NCBI GenBank assembly: GCA_965263355.1
Contig: CBDHHL010000056.1
Coordinates: 2,048,001-2,112,000 of the forward strand
Direction of reading: 5' to 3'
From: Leptolyngbyaceae cyanobacterium
Lineage (GTDB): Bacteria; Cyanobacteriota; Cyanobacteriia; Phormidesmidales; Phormidesmidaceae
Length of the DNA stretch: 64,000 nucleotides
The notes under the pieces: model-generated
The model's database searches: none
Told to the model about the DNA's origin: nothing
Seen by the model: the letters and a program-made list of their open reading frames with translations, nothing else
Part shown: positions 40,453 to 51,445 of the stretch, piece by piece
How the letters are laid out: every line of letters starts with the position of its first letter
How positions within the stretch are numbered: position 1 is the stretch's first letter
Program-made: the position numbers and the translations under genes

Positions 40453-40800
40453 ATGACTAACCGATCTGACAACAATGCCAACTCTGGTTTTGTTGGTGGG
40501 GCTGCTGTAAAGGGCAATTCTCTAATGCAGTATGTCCAGTCCATGGAACCGGAAACGATTGCTAAACTGTCACGGCCCGTATCGGGTGACGTGATGCAGG
40601 CAATGGAACACAATATTATTGCGATGCTGGGGGGGCTTCCCGCCGAGGGGTTTGATGTTTCTATCACCACCAGCCGTGAAAATCTGGGCCGTTTACTGGC
40701 GTCAGCCATGATGGGTGGCTATTTCCTCAAGGGTGCTGAGCAGCGCTTAGCGATGGAAACCTCGTTTATGGGTGTTTTAGAAACTGAGGCGACTGAATAA
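40453..40800 (+). CDS. DUF760 domain protein
   Basis: L.QYVQSM.PE, ITTSRENLGRLLASAMM.GYFL..AEQRL. Confidence 0.88.
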   Translation: MTNRSDNNANSGFVGGAAVKGNSLMQYVQSMEPETIAKLSRPVSGDVMQAMEHNIIAMLGGLPAEGFDVSITTSRENLGRLLASAMMGGYFLKGAEQRLAMETSFMGVLETEATE

Positions 40801-40885
40801 CTCATAGTAGGCTTGCATCAAGCTAAAAGTTTTGGCTAGGGCGTTTAAATAGTGCAGTGCATGGTGCATAGCGAAGTGATCCACA

Positions 40886-42085
40886 GTGGGTGAGGGAAAG
40901 CAAAAAAGAAATCGCGTACGCGATCGCACCGACAGTAAGTACGGCCCAAAGCAGATGTCTTTTTCCAAGGCATCTGCTTTGGGCTTTGATGGGCCAGCCA
41001 ATTTAGCATCCGTCGCCCCTGCCCTACGTAAAGCATTGCTGAGGTGGTACGGCGAGCAGGGCCGCGATTTACCCTGGCGACGCAGTCGAGATCCCTATGC
41101 TATTTGGATTTCGGAGATCATGCTGCAGCAAACCCAGGTAAAAACGGTGTTGCCTTACTATCAGCGGTGGTTAGCAACGTTTCCAACTGTGGAGGACCTG
41201 GCCAACGCTGAGCAGCAGACTGTGCTAAAAGCCTGGGAAGGATTGGGCTATTATGCTCGGGCACGCAACTTGCATAAAGCCGCCCAACTAATTGTGGAAC
41301 AGCATGGCGGGGTGTTTCCAGAAAACGTTGAAGATGCGATCGCACTACCTGGCATCGGTCGTACCACTGCTGGCGGTATCCTCAGTGCCGCCTATAACCT
41401 GCCAGTGGCAATTCTCGATGGTAATGTAAAACGGGTGCTGGCCCGTCTAGTCGCCTTACCTCGACCACCGGCTAAGGCCATCAACGAGCTGTGGCAGCTG
41501 TCCGAACAAATTTTAGCTCCCCAGCAGCCCCGTGACTTCAACCAGGCCATCATGGATTTAGGAGCTACCCTATGCACCCGGCACCGGCCCTCTTGTCTGC
41601 TCTGTCCCTGGCAAACTCATTGTGCTGCCTACCATCAAAACCTACAGACCGAATTACCCATGTCCGAATCCCGTGCTCCATTACCCCATAAACAAATCGG
41701 CGTCGCCGTTATCTATGACGATGAGGGACATATTCTCATTGACCGCCGTAAGCAAGAAGGTCTGCTGGGTGGTCTTTGGGAATTTCCAGGGGGTAAAATC
41801 GAGCCTAACGAAACCGTTGAAGATTGTATTAAACGAGAGATTAAAGAGGAACTTGATATCGAAATCGCAGTCAATGAGCGACTGATTACGGTTAACCACG
41901 CCTACAGTCACTTTAAGGTCACTCTCAATGTATTTAACTGTACCCATGTGAGTGGTGTACCCCAGACCATCGAATGTGATGAAGTCAAATGGGTGACGCT
42001 AGATGAAATCGATAGCTATCCGTTTCCTAAAGCCAACGGTCAAATTATTGAGGCCATTAAGAAAAGAGCAGGCCAGGCTGGCTAG
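40886..42085 (+). CDS. mutY: A/G-specific adenine glycosylase with C-terminal Nudix domain
   Basis: SEIMLQQTQV, GLGYYARARNL, LPGIGRTTA, C-x6-C-x2-C-x5-C; start uncertain. Confidence 0.95.
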   Translation: MGEGKQKRNRVRDRTDSKYGPKQMSFSKASALGFDGPANLASVAPALRKALLRWYGEQGRDLPWRRSRDPYAIWISEIMLQQTQVKTVLPYYQRWLATFPTVEDLANAEQQTVLKAWEGLGYYARARNLHKAAQLIVEQHGGVFPENVEDAIALPGIGRTTAGGILSAAYNLPVAILDGNVKRVLARLVALPRPPAKAINELWQLSEQILAPQQPRDFNQAIMDLGATLCTRHRPSCLLCPWQTHCAAYHQNLQTELPMSESRAPLPHKQIGVAVIYDDEGHILIDRRKQEGLLGGLWEFPGGKIEPNETVEDCIKREIKEELDIEIAVNERLITVNHAYSHFKVTLNVFNCTHVSGVPQTIECDEVKWVTLDEIDSYPFPKANGQIIEAIKKRAGQAG

Positions 42086-42497
42086 AAGGGACTTCGTTGT
42101 GTCTGGCGAGGGGCCTACCGAGGTAGGTTACAGAGGGACTTGCAGGATTGTAAACGTCACCCAAGATTAAGAACATTGTTCTCATGAGTCTTCTTGCATA
42201 ACCAAAGCTAACAATTTTTGTGGTGCTCAAATTTACTCTTGAATGGGGGCAAGGCACACCCCACAGACATATTCAAATCCAAGGAAAATCTTAAATGTCA
42301 CCACCAATCCTTATGGGGAGAAGAAAGAGCCCCAAAGATGCATCTCCAGGGCTCGGAATCAGGGTGCATCTACCATTCAAACATGCTTGATTTATCGGGC
42401 TATATCCGGAGTTGAGCAATGACTTCACTAAGACTTCAAACAATATCCGATGTCATCCGAGTATTAATGAATTTTCCAGTTAACTTCAAAAAGCAGG

Positions 42498-44042
42498 TTG
42501 CATTATTTACTTAGAACTGCCATGGCTCTTAAACCCGTCCAGAATGCTGAACGCACTAACAACAGGACATTTCAAGGCAGAAAAATATTCTTCTGCACAT
42601 CTTTAAAGGGACTTTTAAGTATTGCCTGGGGATTGAACATTTGGCTATCAGGAGAGGCTGCCGCTGTTGCACAAGGGTATTGTCGAGCAGAGGTGGCTGA
42701 ACGGGTGGATGCGATCGCATCCCGCCCCGAGCTAATCCAAGCCCATTTGGGCCTACTCTTAGAGACCCAAGCTGCCAAGGCAACTGAGCGTCAGACTATT
42801 CTGGAACGAAATGCTAATCAATGGTTTGTTCCTGCATCTACCCTTAAACTTTTAACGACCGCTGCCGCCCTCCAGGAATTGGGACCAGATTTTCAAATTC
42901 CAACATCGGTATATCTTTATAGAGAAAACGACCAGACCAATCTCTATGTCATCGGACGAGGCGACCCCACATTTAGCGATGAACAACTCAGCGACCTGGC
43001 TCAACAGATCGCTCAACAGGGCATTCAACAGATAGATCAGCTATGGGGCTACGACAGTTATTTTCCGGGGCGCACCGTGCACCCCAACTGGGAATGGGAA
43101 GATGTGCTGGCAGGCTATGGAGCCTCAGCCAATGGTCTTATAATCAATGAAAACGCCATTGGGGTAACCCTATACCCAACTGAAATAGGCCAACCTCTGC
43201 GGGTAGAGTGGCAAGATTCAGCCCAAGCCCACTGGCAAATCAACAATACCTCTCGCACGGTTGCGGCTGGAGAACCCATCACTGCCGACGTTGGCCGTGA
43301 CTGGAGTCAACCTATTCTCCATGTCTTTGGCAACCTGACTGTTGATGCTGGCCCTGACCCATTTGCCCTGGCCATTACACAACCTGGTAATTATTTTATA
43401 GAACAGTTTGCAGCGCGCTTAACCCAGGCTGGTATCACCGTCAATCAAACAGACTTAACAACTAGTTGGCCAAGGCTAGAACTCTCTGAAATTGCAACTA
43501 TCAAATCGCCACCACTCTCTGCATGGTTAGCCAAGATTAATCATGACAGCAATAATCTATATGCCGAAGTCTTACTAAAATCTCTGGGCCTTACAACAGG
43601 TAATCCAGATGATGCTACCCAGGCAGGAACAAAATCAGTGCAATCGATTTTAAGTGGGTTAGGGGTGGATGCTAATGGCTATCAAATGGTAGATGGATCA
43701 GGGCTATCGCGTCATAATCTAGTTACCCCACATACCTTAGTCGATACTCTACAAGCCATGGCCTACAATCCCCACAGTGACCTTTATCGTCGTTCTCTGG
43801 CAACAGCAGCAGAAGGGAGCGGTTTAAATTATCGTTATCGTAATGCCCCAAGCGCAATACAAATACAGGCTAAAACTGGCTTTGTTAGCAACAACGAGTC
43901 TTTAGCAGGTTATCTACAACCTACTGATCATCCCCCCTTAGTGTTTAGTATCTTTTTAAACAACGCAAACCTCTCTGCCACGGACATGCGCCAGATTATT
44001 GATGAAATTATTTTAACAATTGCTCAATTGTCAGATTGTTAA
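42498..44042 (+). CDS. dacB: D-Ala-D-Ala carboxypeptidase/endopeptidase (S13)
   Basis: PASTLK, SNN, DGSGLSRHN, AKTG; start uncertain. Confidence 0.92.
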   Translation: MHYLLRTAMALKPVQNAERTNNRTFQGRKIFFCTSLKGLLSIAWGLNIWLSGEAAAVAQGYCRAEVAERVDAIASRPELIQAHLGLLLETQAAKATERQTILERNANQWFVPASTLKLLTTAAALQELGPDFQIPTSVYLYRENDQTNLYVIGRGDPTFSDEQLSDLAQQIAQQGIQQIDQLWGYDSYFPGRTVHPNWEWEDVLAGYGASANGLIINENAIGVTLYPTEIGQPLRVEWQDSAQAHWQINNTSRTVAAGEPITADVGRDWSQPILHVFGNLTVDAGPDPFALAITQPGNYFIEQFAARLTQAGITVNQTDLTTSWPRLELSEIATIKSPPLSAWLAKINHDSNNLYAEVLLKSLGLTTGNPDDATQAGTKSVQSILSGLGVDANGYQMVDGSGLSRHNLVTPHTLVDTLQAMAYNPHSDLYRRSLATAAEGSGLNYRYRNAPSAIQIQAKTGFVSNNESLAGYLQPTDHPPLVFSIFLNNANLSATDMRQIIDEIILTIAQLSDC

Positions 44043-44118
44043 TGTCGCCATATGGAGACTATTTTTCTAGGATGGCTTACTCGTTATTCATTGGGATAAT
44101 ATCTACTCGCCGGCCTCT

Positions 44119-44343
44119 TCAATCTTGTAAAAAGCCCTCAAAACGCTCTAGAGAAAATTGCTCTTTGGCAACTGCTTTACCGAGTTCTTCTAAAAAGGGG
44201 ATAGCATCAACACAATCCATTTGGCTAAGCTCATCCACCATATCTTTAAGAGACTTCTCCCCTAAATGAACACTATTGGCAAGCCCAAAACCTTTAAATC
44301 TACCTACACTAAAAGAGGTAGTTAATCGGAAATAAGTTAACAT
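44119..44343 (-). CDS. AT-rich short hypothetical ORF or remnant
   Basis: 74-aa ORF with GAGG upstream in a low-GC patch. Confidence 0.3.
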   Translation of the reverse strand: MLTYFRLTTSFSVGRFKGFGLANSVHLGEKSLKDMVDELSQMDCVDAIPFLEELGKAVAKEQFSLERFEGFLQD

Positions 44344-44671
44344 TTTGTCGCTATATTCCTCTTAACTGCCATTTTTTCCTCCTAGAGCCTAATTTATTAA
44401 TCTAACTACAGTATCATTCACCATTTACGCCATTAAGACGCTTTCAGCTTCTTAAACTCTTGTGTACTATGCTTTCAGCAATGAACCAGGCATCATCAAG
44501 TCTATAAGCGCAATCGCTTATGTATTATCGTTTTGGCCTGCGCCTCATTTACGGCGACTAAAATCCCAGTACTACTAAATTTATACAACTATACTACTAC
44601 AATTACAACCGCTACTCCATCGAGAATACGGGCACGGAAGTTATTAAATCCTCATTCCTTAACGTGACGCC

Positions 44672-45025
44672 CTAAGGCGCTGCAGGAGATTCTGGCGGGG
44701 CATCGAGTTTTGCTTCTAATGTTGAAACACGCTCTTGTAGTTCGATAATCAATATGGCTAGATGGTCGAACTGTTGATCAAAGGATGGTGCATCAGGAGC
44801 AGGGGGCTGACTATTGGTAATGGGTTGACGGCTACCTGCTCTTGGTAGTTGGGACTGGAGTCGGGTTACTTGGGCTTGGAGAGATCGCACCTGCGACTCT
44901 AACCGATTAATCCGTGGGTCTACCAGGGAAAGCGACGCCTCAGCTGACCGCAGCCACAGACTTAGCAGCAGTACAACGGCCAAACAAAACCACAGAAAAG
45001 GCTTGAATCGGGATTGCATAGTCAA
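44672..45025 (-). CDS. Hypothetical signal-anchored coiled-coil protein
   Basis: N-terminal hydrophobic stretch; heptad segments. Confidence 0.7.
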   Translation of the reverse strand: MTMQSRFKPFLWFCLAVVLLLSLWLRSAEASLSLVDPRINRLESQVRSLQAQVTRLQSQLPRAGSRQPITNSQPPAPDAPSFDQQFDHLAILIIELQERVSTLEAKLDAPPESPAAP

Positions 45026-45275
45026 GGATTATGCCAGATCGTATTGGAGAACCATGGTCATGCAGAATGACAAGTATGCCAATGCTAACGCAATCGACAG
45101 CTTGGCCTAACCGGTTCCAACATCTACCCTTTGACATCGGTAGGGGCATTGCATGCAATCCTCGTAAACATTCCCTATTGCCCGTTACCCCTTGTATCCC
45201 AAAATGTAGCCAACGAGGAATAATAGAACCTATCAGGCACCATCCTGACTGAGAGCCTTTATTTGGTCTGTCCCC

Positions 45276-45770
45276 ATGAGATACCTTGTCGCTGCTTTTT
45301 GCGATCGCACCCAAGCCGAAGAAGCCTATACCCGGCTAGAAGCCAATAACTTTCCCACAAACGATATCGCTATTCTCGGCAAAGGGTACAAAACCACCGA
45401 CGAGTTTGGCCTGCAAACCCCCAGAGAAGCCGCCTGGAGCCAATTCAAACGAATGGCTATCTGGCTTGCCCCCTTTGGCTTTGCAGGCGGATTTATCTTT
45501 GACACCATCACCGGGCTCAATACCTTCACATGGACCGGTAGACTCGGCAATCAGCTACTTGGTGGTGTTTTAGGCGCAGGGTCTGGCATTATGGGCAGTT
45601 TCTTTATTGGTGGCGGTCCTGCATTACTGTTTAACAACAATGAGACACCCTATCGAGATCGCATCGCCGCCGGAGAATATCTAATCGTCGTCAACGGTGG
45701 TGAAAGCATCATCACCCAGGCTGCCCGCATTCTCCAGGCGCTCAATCCAGACACCATCGAAGCCCGATAA
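45276..45770 (+). CDS. Conserved membrane hypothetical protein
   Basis: Gly-rich TM segments; general-stress-protein-like layout. Confidence 0.75.
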   Translation: MRYLVAAFCDRTQAEEAYTRLEANNFPTNDIAILGKGYKTTDEFGLQTPREAAWSQFKRMAIWLAPFGFAGGFIFDTITGLNTFTWTGRLGNQLLGGVLGAGSGIMGSFFIGGGPALLFNNNETPYRDRIAAGEYLIVVNGGESIITQAARILQALNPDTIEAR

Positions 45771-45928
45771 TCCGGTTATGACTAGAGAATTCGGAGTTCG
45801 GAATTCGGAAAATACTCGCTGCACGCCAGTCCCGAAAAATCACAGTAAACTATAGTTCTAAGTTGGAATGATTCTGGAAAGTTAGTTTTTCTGAAAGTTC
45901 TGTCACCTTATATTTCCCAAAGCAAATT

Positions 45929-48031
45929 ATGACTTCTACGGCAACTACCAGTGCTCCCGCAACAGTAACCAATCCTTTTTTAATTGGTCATGGTCTACCC
46001 CCCTTTGATCAGTTTCAGCCCGATCAAGTAGAACCCGCCGTTACCCAGCTGATTCGAGACCTCACTACGGCCCTAGAGGCATTGGAACAAACCATGAATC
46101 CCACCTGGGCAGGTCTGGCAGAACCTCTCACTAAAATTAGCGAACGGTTGGGTTGGACATGGGGAGTCTTAGGCCACCTAATGGGGGTGCAAAATAGCCC
46201 AGAGCTACGCGCTGCCTATGAAGCTGTACAGCCTACATTGGTGCAGTTTGCCACCCGTTTAAGCCAGAGCAAAGCCTTTTACAATGGATTCAAAACCCTG
46301 GCAGCAGACCCTGGCCTTAGCCCTGCTCAAAAACGCATTGTCGACGCTGCTATCCGAGATTCTGAGCTATCCGGCGTTGGTCTGGAAGGGGAAACCAAGG
46401 CAAAATTTAACCAGATTCAGCAACAGCTGGCTGAACTCAGCACCCAGTTTTCTAACCATGTGCTGGATGCCACAAAGGCCTTTAGCCTCACCCTAACCAC
46501 CCAGGATGACATTGCTGGCTTACCCCCTAGCTTGTTGAGTTTGGCGGCTCAAGCTGCCCGCGATGCAGGCGAAGAAACTGCCACTGCAGAAGCTGGTCCC
46601 TGGCGGATTACCCTGGACAGTCCTAGCTACGGTCCATTTCTAAAGCACAGCCGTCGTCGGGATCTACGGGAAATGCTCTACCGGGCTTACATTAGTCGTG
46701 CGTCCTCCGGTGATTTGGATAATTCACCCTTAATCGATAAAACCTTAGCCCTGAGAAAACAACAGGCTAATCTACTCGGCTTTGATACCTATGCCGATCT
46801 GAGTATTGCTAGAAAAATGGCCTCCTCGGTCAATGCGGTCGAAGCATTAATGGAAGAACTACGCAGCGCTAGCTATGATGCTGCCACTAAAGAATTATCA
46901 GACCTGCGGATATTTGCTAAAGGGCAAAATGCGCCTGAGGCGGATGACTTGAAACAGTGGGATATTCCTTTCTGGGCAGAGCGCATGCGGGAAATAGAGT
47001 TTGACCTCAATGATGAAGAGCTGCGGCCTTATTTTCCGTTACCCCAGGTACTCAACGGGTTGTTTGAGTTAGCCCATCGACTCTTTGGGGTAACTATTAC
47101 CGCTGCCGATGGTCAGGCCCCGATCTGGCATCCAGATGTGCGTTATTTTGCGATCGCTGACACTGATCACAATCCGGTGGCGTACTTTTACCTGGATCCC
47201 TACAGTCGACCGGCTGAAAAACGGGGCGGTGCCTGGATGGATGAATGTATCGTCCGCGCCCATACGGAACCGAGCCATCCTGTACGACTACCGATCGCGT
47301 ATCTAGTGTGTAACCAGTCACCTCCGATAGATGGAAAACCCAGCCTGATGACCTTCCGGGAGGTGGAAACCCTATTCCATGAGTTTGGCCACGGGTTGCA
47401 ACATATGCTGACCCAGGTAGATTATCCAGAGGCTGCCGGTATTAATAATGTGGAGTGGGACGCCGTCGAACTCCCCAGCCAGTTTATGGAAAACTGGTGC
47501 TATGACCGCAGTACTCTGTTCAAAATGGCGCGCCATTTTGAAACGGGAGAACCCCTGCCAGAAGCAGATTATCAAAAGCTTCTGGATGCCCGTAACTTTA
47601 TGACCGGCAGTGCCATTTTGCGTCAGGTTAACTTTGGTTGGCTCGATATCGAACTGCATTCTCGACACCAGCCCGATGGTCCTGAAACTATTTGGGATGT
47701 GCGGGATCGTCTGGCCCAAAAGACAACTGTCTTAGAACCGCTAGCGGAAGATGCCTTTCTATGCAGCTTTGGTCATATCTTTGCCGGTGGCTATGCCGCA
47801 GGCTATTACAGCTACTTCTGGGCAGAAGTCCTCAGTGCCGATGCCTTTGCTGCCTTTGAAGAGGTAGGCATTGAGAATGAAGCCGCTGTACAGGAAACTG
47901 GTAAACGGTTTCGCGATACGGTGCTGGCCCTCGGGGGTAGCCGTCATCCAATGGATGTATTCCAGGCATTTCGCGGACGTGAACCTAGCACTGATGCACT
48001 TTTGAGACATCGAGGATTGAAAGCAGCGTAA
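45929..48031 (+). CDS. prlC: Oligopeptidase A (M3 family)
   Basis: FHEFGHGLQH, VELPSQFMENW, GYAAGYYSY. Confidence 0.93.
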   Translation: MTSTATTSAPATVTNPFLIGHGLPPFDQFQPDQVEPAVTQLIRDLTTALEALEQTMNPTWAGLAEPLTKISERLGWTWGVLGHLMGVQNSPELRAAYEAVQPTLVQFATRLSQSKAFYNGFKTLAADPGLSPAQKRIVDAAIRDSELSGVGLEGETKAKFNQIQQQLAELSTQFSNHVLDATKAFSLTLTTQDDIAGLPPSLLSLAAQAARDAGEETATAEAGPWRITLDSPSYGPFLKHSRRRDLREMLYRAYISRASSGDLDNSPLIDKTLALRKQQANLLGFDTYADLSIARKMASSVNAVEALMEELRSASYDAATKELSDLRIFAKGQNAPEADDLKQWDIPFWAERMREIEFDLNDEELRPYFPLPQVLNGLFELAHRLFGVTITAADGQAPIWHPDVRYFAIADTDHNPVAYFYLDPYSRPAEKRGGAWMDECIVRAHTEPSHPVRLPIAYLVCNQSPPIDGKPSLMTFREVETLFHEFGHGLQHMLTQVDYPEAAGINNVEWDAVELPSQFMENWCYDRSTLFKMARHFETGEPLPEADYQKLLDARNFMTGSAILRQVNFGWLDIELHSRHQPDGPETIWDVRDRLAQKTTVLEPLAEDAFLCSFGHIFAGGYAAGYYSYFWAEVLSADAFAAFEEVGIENEAAVQETGKRFRDTVLALGGSRHPMDVFQAFRGREPSTDALLRHRGLKAA

Positions 48032-48124
48032 TCGGTTAGGAAGGTATGCCCATTTTTCCAGCAGAAATTTGTCAGATTTTCTTCATTCAGTGTCCGTTCC
48101 ACCACTAGACTATAGGCAACTGGA

Positions 48125-49540
48125 TTGGGCATACCTTCCTTGACGGATACTGAACAGGCTACAAGCACTGCATCATTCTCGCGCAGGGAACTGCGTGAAC
48201 TGGTGCGATCGCAACTCCAGGCTCTACTAGAACAGGACAATTACCAGGGAGCAAAAGCTCTCCTCGTGCCTGTCCAGCCTGCGGACATCGCTGAAGCTAT
48301 TGAAGGGCTGCCTGACGCCATGCAGGCCCTTGCTTTTAGACTCCTATCAAAAGCCGAAGCCATTGAGGTCTACGAAAATTTAGACTCCAGCATTCAACAA
48401 ACCCTGGTTGAAGACTTTAAGCGCCAGGATGTCATCGACATTGTGGACAAAATGTCCCCCGATGACCGGGCCAGACTTTTTGACGAACTCCCCGCCAAGG
48501 TCGTACGACAATTGCTGCAACAGCTCAGTGCTCAAGAACGCGAAGCCACAGCTTTGTTATTAGGCTACGAAGCCGGTACCGCTGGGCGGGCCATGACCCC
48601 CGAATATATTGCACTGAAGGAAAACTGGACGGTAGAGCGGGCCCTCAACCACATTCGCAAACTGGCCAGCGCCAGTGAAACAGTTTATTACCTATATGTG
48701 ACGGACAGAGCCCGTCGTCTAACAGGGATCTTATCGCTACGGATTTTGGTCACGGGGCAGCCAGACCAAACCATTGGAGAACTGATGACCCGTGAAGTGG
48801 TTTCAGTGCAAACGGGGGATGACCAAGAAGATGTCGCCCGGTTGATTCAGCGTTATGACTTTTTGGCCGTTCCCGTTGTTGACACAGAGGAGCGACTAGT
48901 CGGCATCATCACCGTCGATGACGTGATCGATATCCTCGAAGAAGAAGCCACCAAAGATATTTATGCCCTGGGCGGTGTGCAATCCGGTGGCGATAACTAT
49001 TTTCAAACCAACTTACTGACCGTCGCCCGTAAGCGCGTAGTATGGCTCTCAGTGTTGCTGGTGGCCAATACATTCACAACGGCTGTCATTAACAGTCAAG
49101 CGGATCTCATTCAGCAATTTGCCGTCTTAGCCTCATTTATTCCATTGCTTATCGGTACCGGTGGCAACGTCGGTGCCCAATCTTCAACCGTAGTTATTCG
49201 CGGATTAAATACGGATGACTTAAAGCTGCGCGAAGCGTTTCGAGTTATTCGTAGAGAAGCCATTGCCGGGGCCTTTTTAGGCCTCATGTTGGGTCTAGTA
49301 GTGACAGGAGTTTCCTATGTAGTTCCTGCCATTGATGTCGGTGTGGCCCTCACTGTTGGCTGTAGCCTGCTCGCGATCTCGATCTTAGCGTCCAGTGCTG
49401 GAGCTGCCCTACCGATCCTTTTCCAGAGTTTAGGATTTGATCCTGCCCTGATGTCAGCTCCCTTTATCACTACCGTTGTGGATGTCGTCGGCGTATTCGT
49501 TTACCTAACCCTGGCACGACAGGTACTCCAGCTCTCTTAA
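48125..49540 (+). CDS. mgtE: Magnesium transporter MgtE
   Basis: CBS pair, GTGGNVGAQ, DPALMSAPFITTVVD. Confidence 0.95.
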   Translation: MGIPSLTDTEQATSTASFSRRELRELVRSQLQALLEQDNYQGAKALLVPVQPADIAEAIEGLPDAMQALAFRLLSKAEAIEVYENLDSSIQQTLVEDFKRQDVIDIVDKMSPDDRARLFDELPAKVVRQLLQQLSAQEREATALLLGYEAGTAGRAMTPEYIALKENWTVERALNHIRKLASASETVYYLYVTDRARRLTGILSLRILVTGQPDQTIGELMTREVVSVQTGDDQEDVARLIQRYDFLAVPVVDTEERLVGIITVDDVIDILEEEATKDIYALGGVQSGGDNYFQTNLLTVARKRVVWLSVLLVANTFTTAVINSQADLIQQFAVLASFIPLLIGTGGNVGAQSSTVVIRGLNTDDLKLREAFRVIRREAIAGAFLGLMLGLVVTGVSYVVPAIDVGVALTVGCSLLAISILASSAGAALPILFQSLGFDPALMSAPFITTVVDVVGVFVYLTLARQVLQLS

Positions 49541-49748
49541 TCCTGAGGCTGCTATATTGTTATTCATCGATTTCAGGAATGCATCTAAGCTGATCATCGG
49601 AGTGATCCCAGCATTTGCCATAAATAAATTAAGATAGACATGGTGATCTGCTGTATAGCACAACTTCACTGTTCTCTGAAACAGGCACTATCCAACAAAC
49701 TTCTTTCACTGTAACCAACTGCTACGACCATAACTGAGACGTCAGCCC

Positions 49749-50528
49749 GTGCTAAAAAACTTCCAGCAAGGTTTGAAGAACGACCTAATCGCAGGTCTTC
49801 TGGTTGTTATTCCTCTCGCCACAACAATTTGGCTAACCATCACCGTAGCCAGCTGGGTAATTCGCGCGCTGACTAAGTTTCCTAAACAACTCAGCCCATT
49901 TACCGATCTGCATCCTGCCCTGGTTGCATTATTCAACCTTGGCGTTGGTTTTGCCGTACCGCTGCTGGCAATTTTGCTGATTGGTTTAATGGCCCGTAAT
50001 ATCGCTGGACGTTGGCTACTAGACTTAGGTGAGCGCATTCTCCAATCGATTCCCCTGGCAGGCTCTGTTTATAAAACCCTCAAACAGCTGCTAGAAACTA
50101 TTCTGCAAGATACCAAGAGTAAGTTCAGGCGGGTTGTCCTGGTGGAATATCCTCGTCGTGGTGTGTGGGCGATCGCATTTGTCACCAGTTCAGCCACCTC
50201 TATGAACCCTGATTCAAGCATGCTGAGCGTGTTTGTCCCCACCACCCCTAACCCCACCAGCGGCTGGTACGCCGTGGTTCCAGAAACTGACGTAGTCAAT
50301 CTCAAAATCTCGATCGAAGAAGCCTTCAAAGTACTCCTATCAGGCGGCATTGTCGGCCCCAATCTAGCTGAAGCCTTGATAGAAAAGGAGCCAGACAGAC
50401 CACAACTTCATGCTGGTCATGGAGAAGCGTTACCAACAGACTTAGCTCCATGCCAACCGGCTACCGCCGAAACCACTGAGGCTCCAGAAACCAGGGTTGA
50501 ACTCGTCAATATTGATCAACCAGGATAA
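49749..50528 (+). CDS. DUF502 domain membrane protein
   Basis: VLVEYPRRG, VFVPTTPNPTSG. Confidence 0.9.
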   Translation: MLKNFQQGLKNDLIAGLLVVIPLATTIWLTITVASWVIRALTKFPKQLSPFTDLHPALVALFNLGVGFAVPLLAILLIGLMARNIAGRWLLDLGERILQSIPLAGSVYKTLKQLLETILQDTKSKFRRVVLVEYPRRGVWAIAFVTSSATSMNPDSSMLSVFVPTTPNPTSGWYAVVPETDVVNLKISIEEAFKVLLSGGIVGPNLAEALIEKEPDRPQLHAGHGEALPTDLAPCQPATAETTEAPETRVELVNIDQPG

Positions 50529-50636
50529 ATTTTGTCTCTAGTTAACTGGTAGCAACCAACTGGTATCACCATCGTAAGCAGTACTCACACCCTGGCTGAT
50601 AAGATAGCTGAGCTAGACCACCCACTCTCAATTACC

Positions 50637-51344
50637 ATGCAATCCCGCCGCATTGCTCGTGAGCTTGCACTTCTCGGCATGAGTCAGCTGACTGACGCGC
50701 CTAAGCGTAGTAAGCAAAATTCTGTGATCTCAGTAGAGACACTGCTAACTGAAGCTATTCGCACCCTCTCCACTGAGGTCAAAGAGACATTAGAAGCAGC
50801 ATCCGCAGAACTTGTACGAGGTAATCGTCAGTTGCTCGACAGTGAGACCCGCTCCGGCGATCTTCGCAGTGCTCAAGACACGGTAAAAAGTGCCATTGAG
50901 CAAGTACAAACAGCGATTAATCGGCTGGGTGCTGCTACAGAACTACCAGAATTTGTTCAGCTAGCGGGACACAAAGACATCCAGGACTATGCCCAAAAGA
51001 TTATCACCCAGCTGATTCAACATCGGGATGACATTGACCACCAGTTAGACAGCGCCATGGTGGGCTGGAACCTGAAGCGTTTGGCCCGTGTAGATCGAGA
51101 TATTCTCAGAATTGCGCTAACTGAGATTTTGTATCTGGCCGTAGATAAACGTATCGCCATTGATGAAGCCATCGAAATCGCAAAGCGATACAGTGATGAA
51201 GACGGCTATCGGTTTATTAACGGCGTCATGCGTCGAGTCACCGATCAGCTAGAAAAACAGAAACTAGCGGCCAGGTCAGCGCCATTAAACTTGTCACAGA
51301 TAGCATCGGATAATCGCTCTGACAGTGCACCTAACGAACCTTAA
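50637..51344 (+). CDS. nusB: Transcription antitermination factor NusB
   Basis: RRIARELAL, RLARVDRDILR, DEAIEIAKRY, FINGV. Confidence 0.95.
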   Translation: MQSRRIARELALLGMSQLTDAPKRSKQNSVISVETLLTEAIRTLSTEVKETLEAASAELVRGNRQLLDSETRSGDLRSAQDTVKSAIEQVQTAINRLGAATELPEFVQLAGHKDIQDYAQKIITQLIQHRDDIDHQLDSAMVGWNLKRLARVDRDILRIALTEILYLAVDKRIAIDEAIEIAKRYSDEDGYRFINGVMRRVTDQLEKQKLAARSAPLNLSQIASDNRSDSAPNEP

Positions 51345-51445
51345 TGCACTGCCAATATTTATTTGGTAATGAGCTTACAGTAAGCTTTTTATTCCTTTGG
51401 TGGGCGTACCCATCTCCCCATTGACCATTGACTGTTTTTTGCCCT

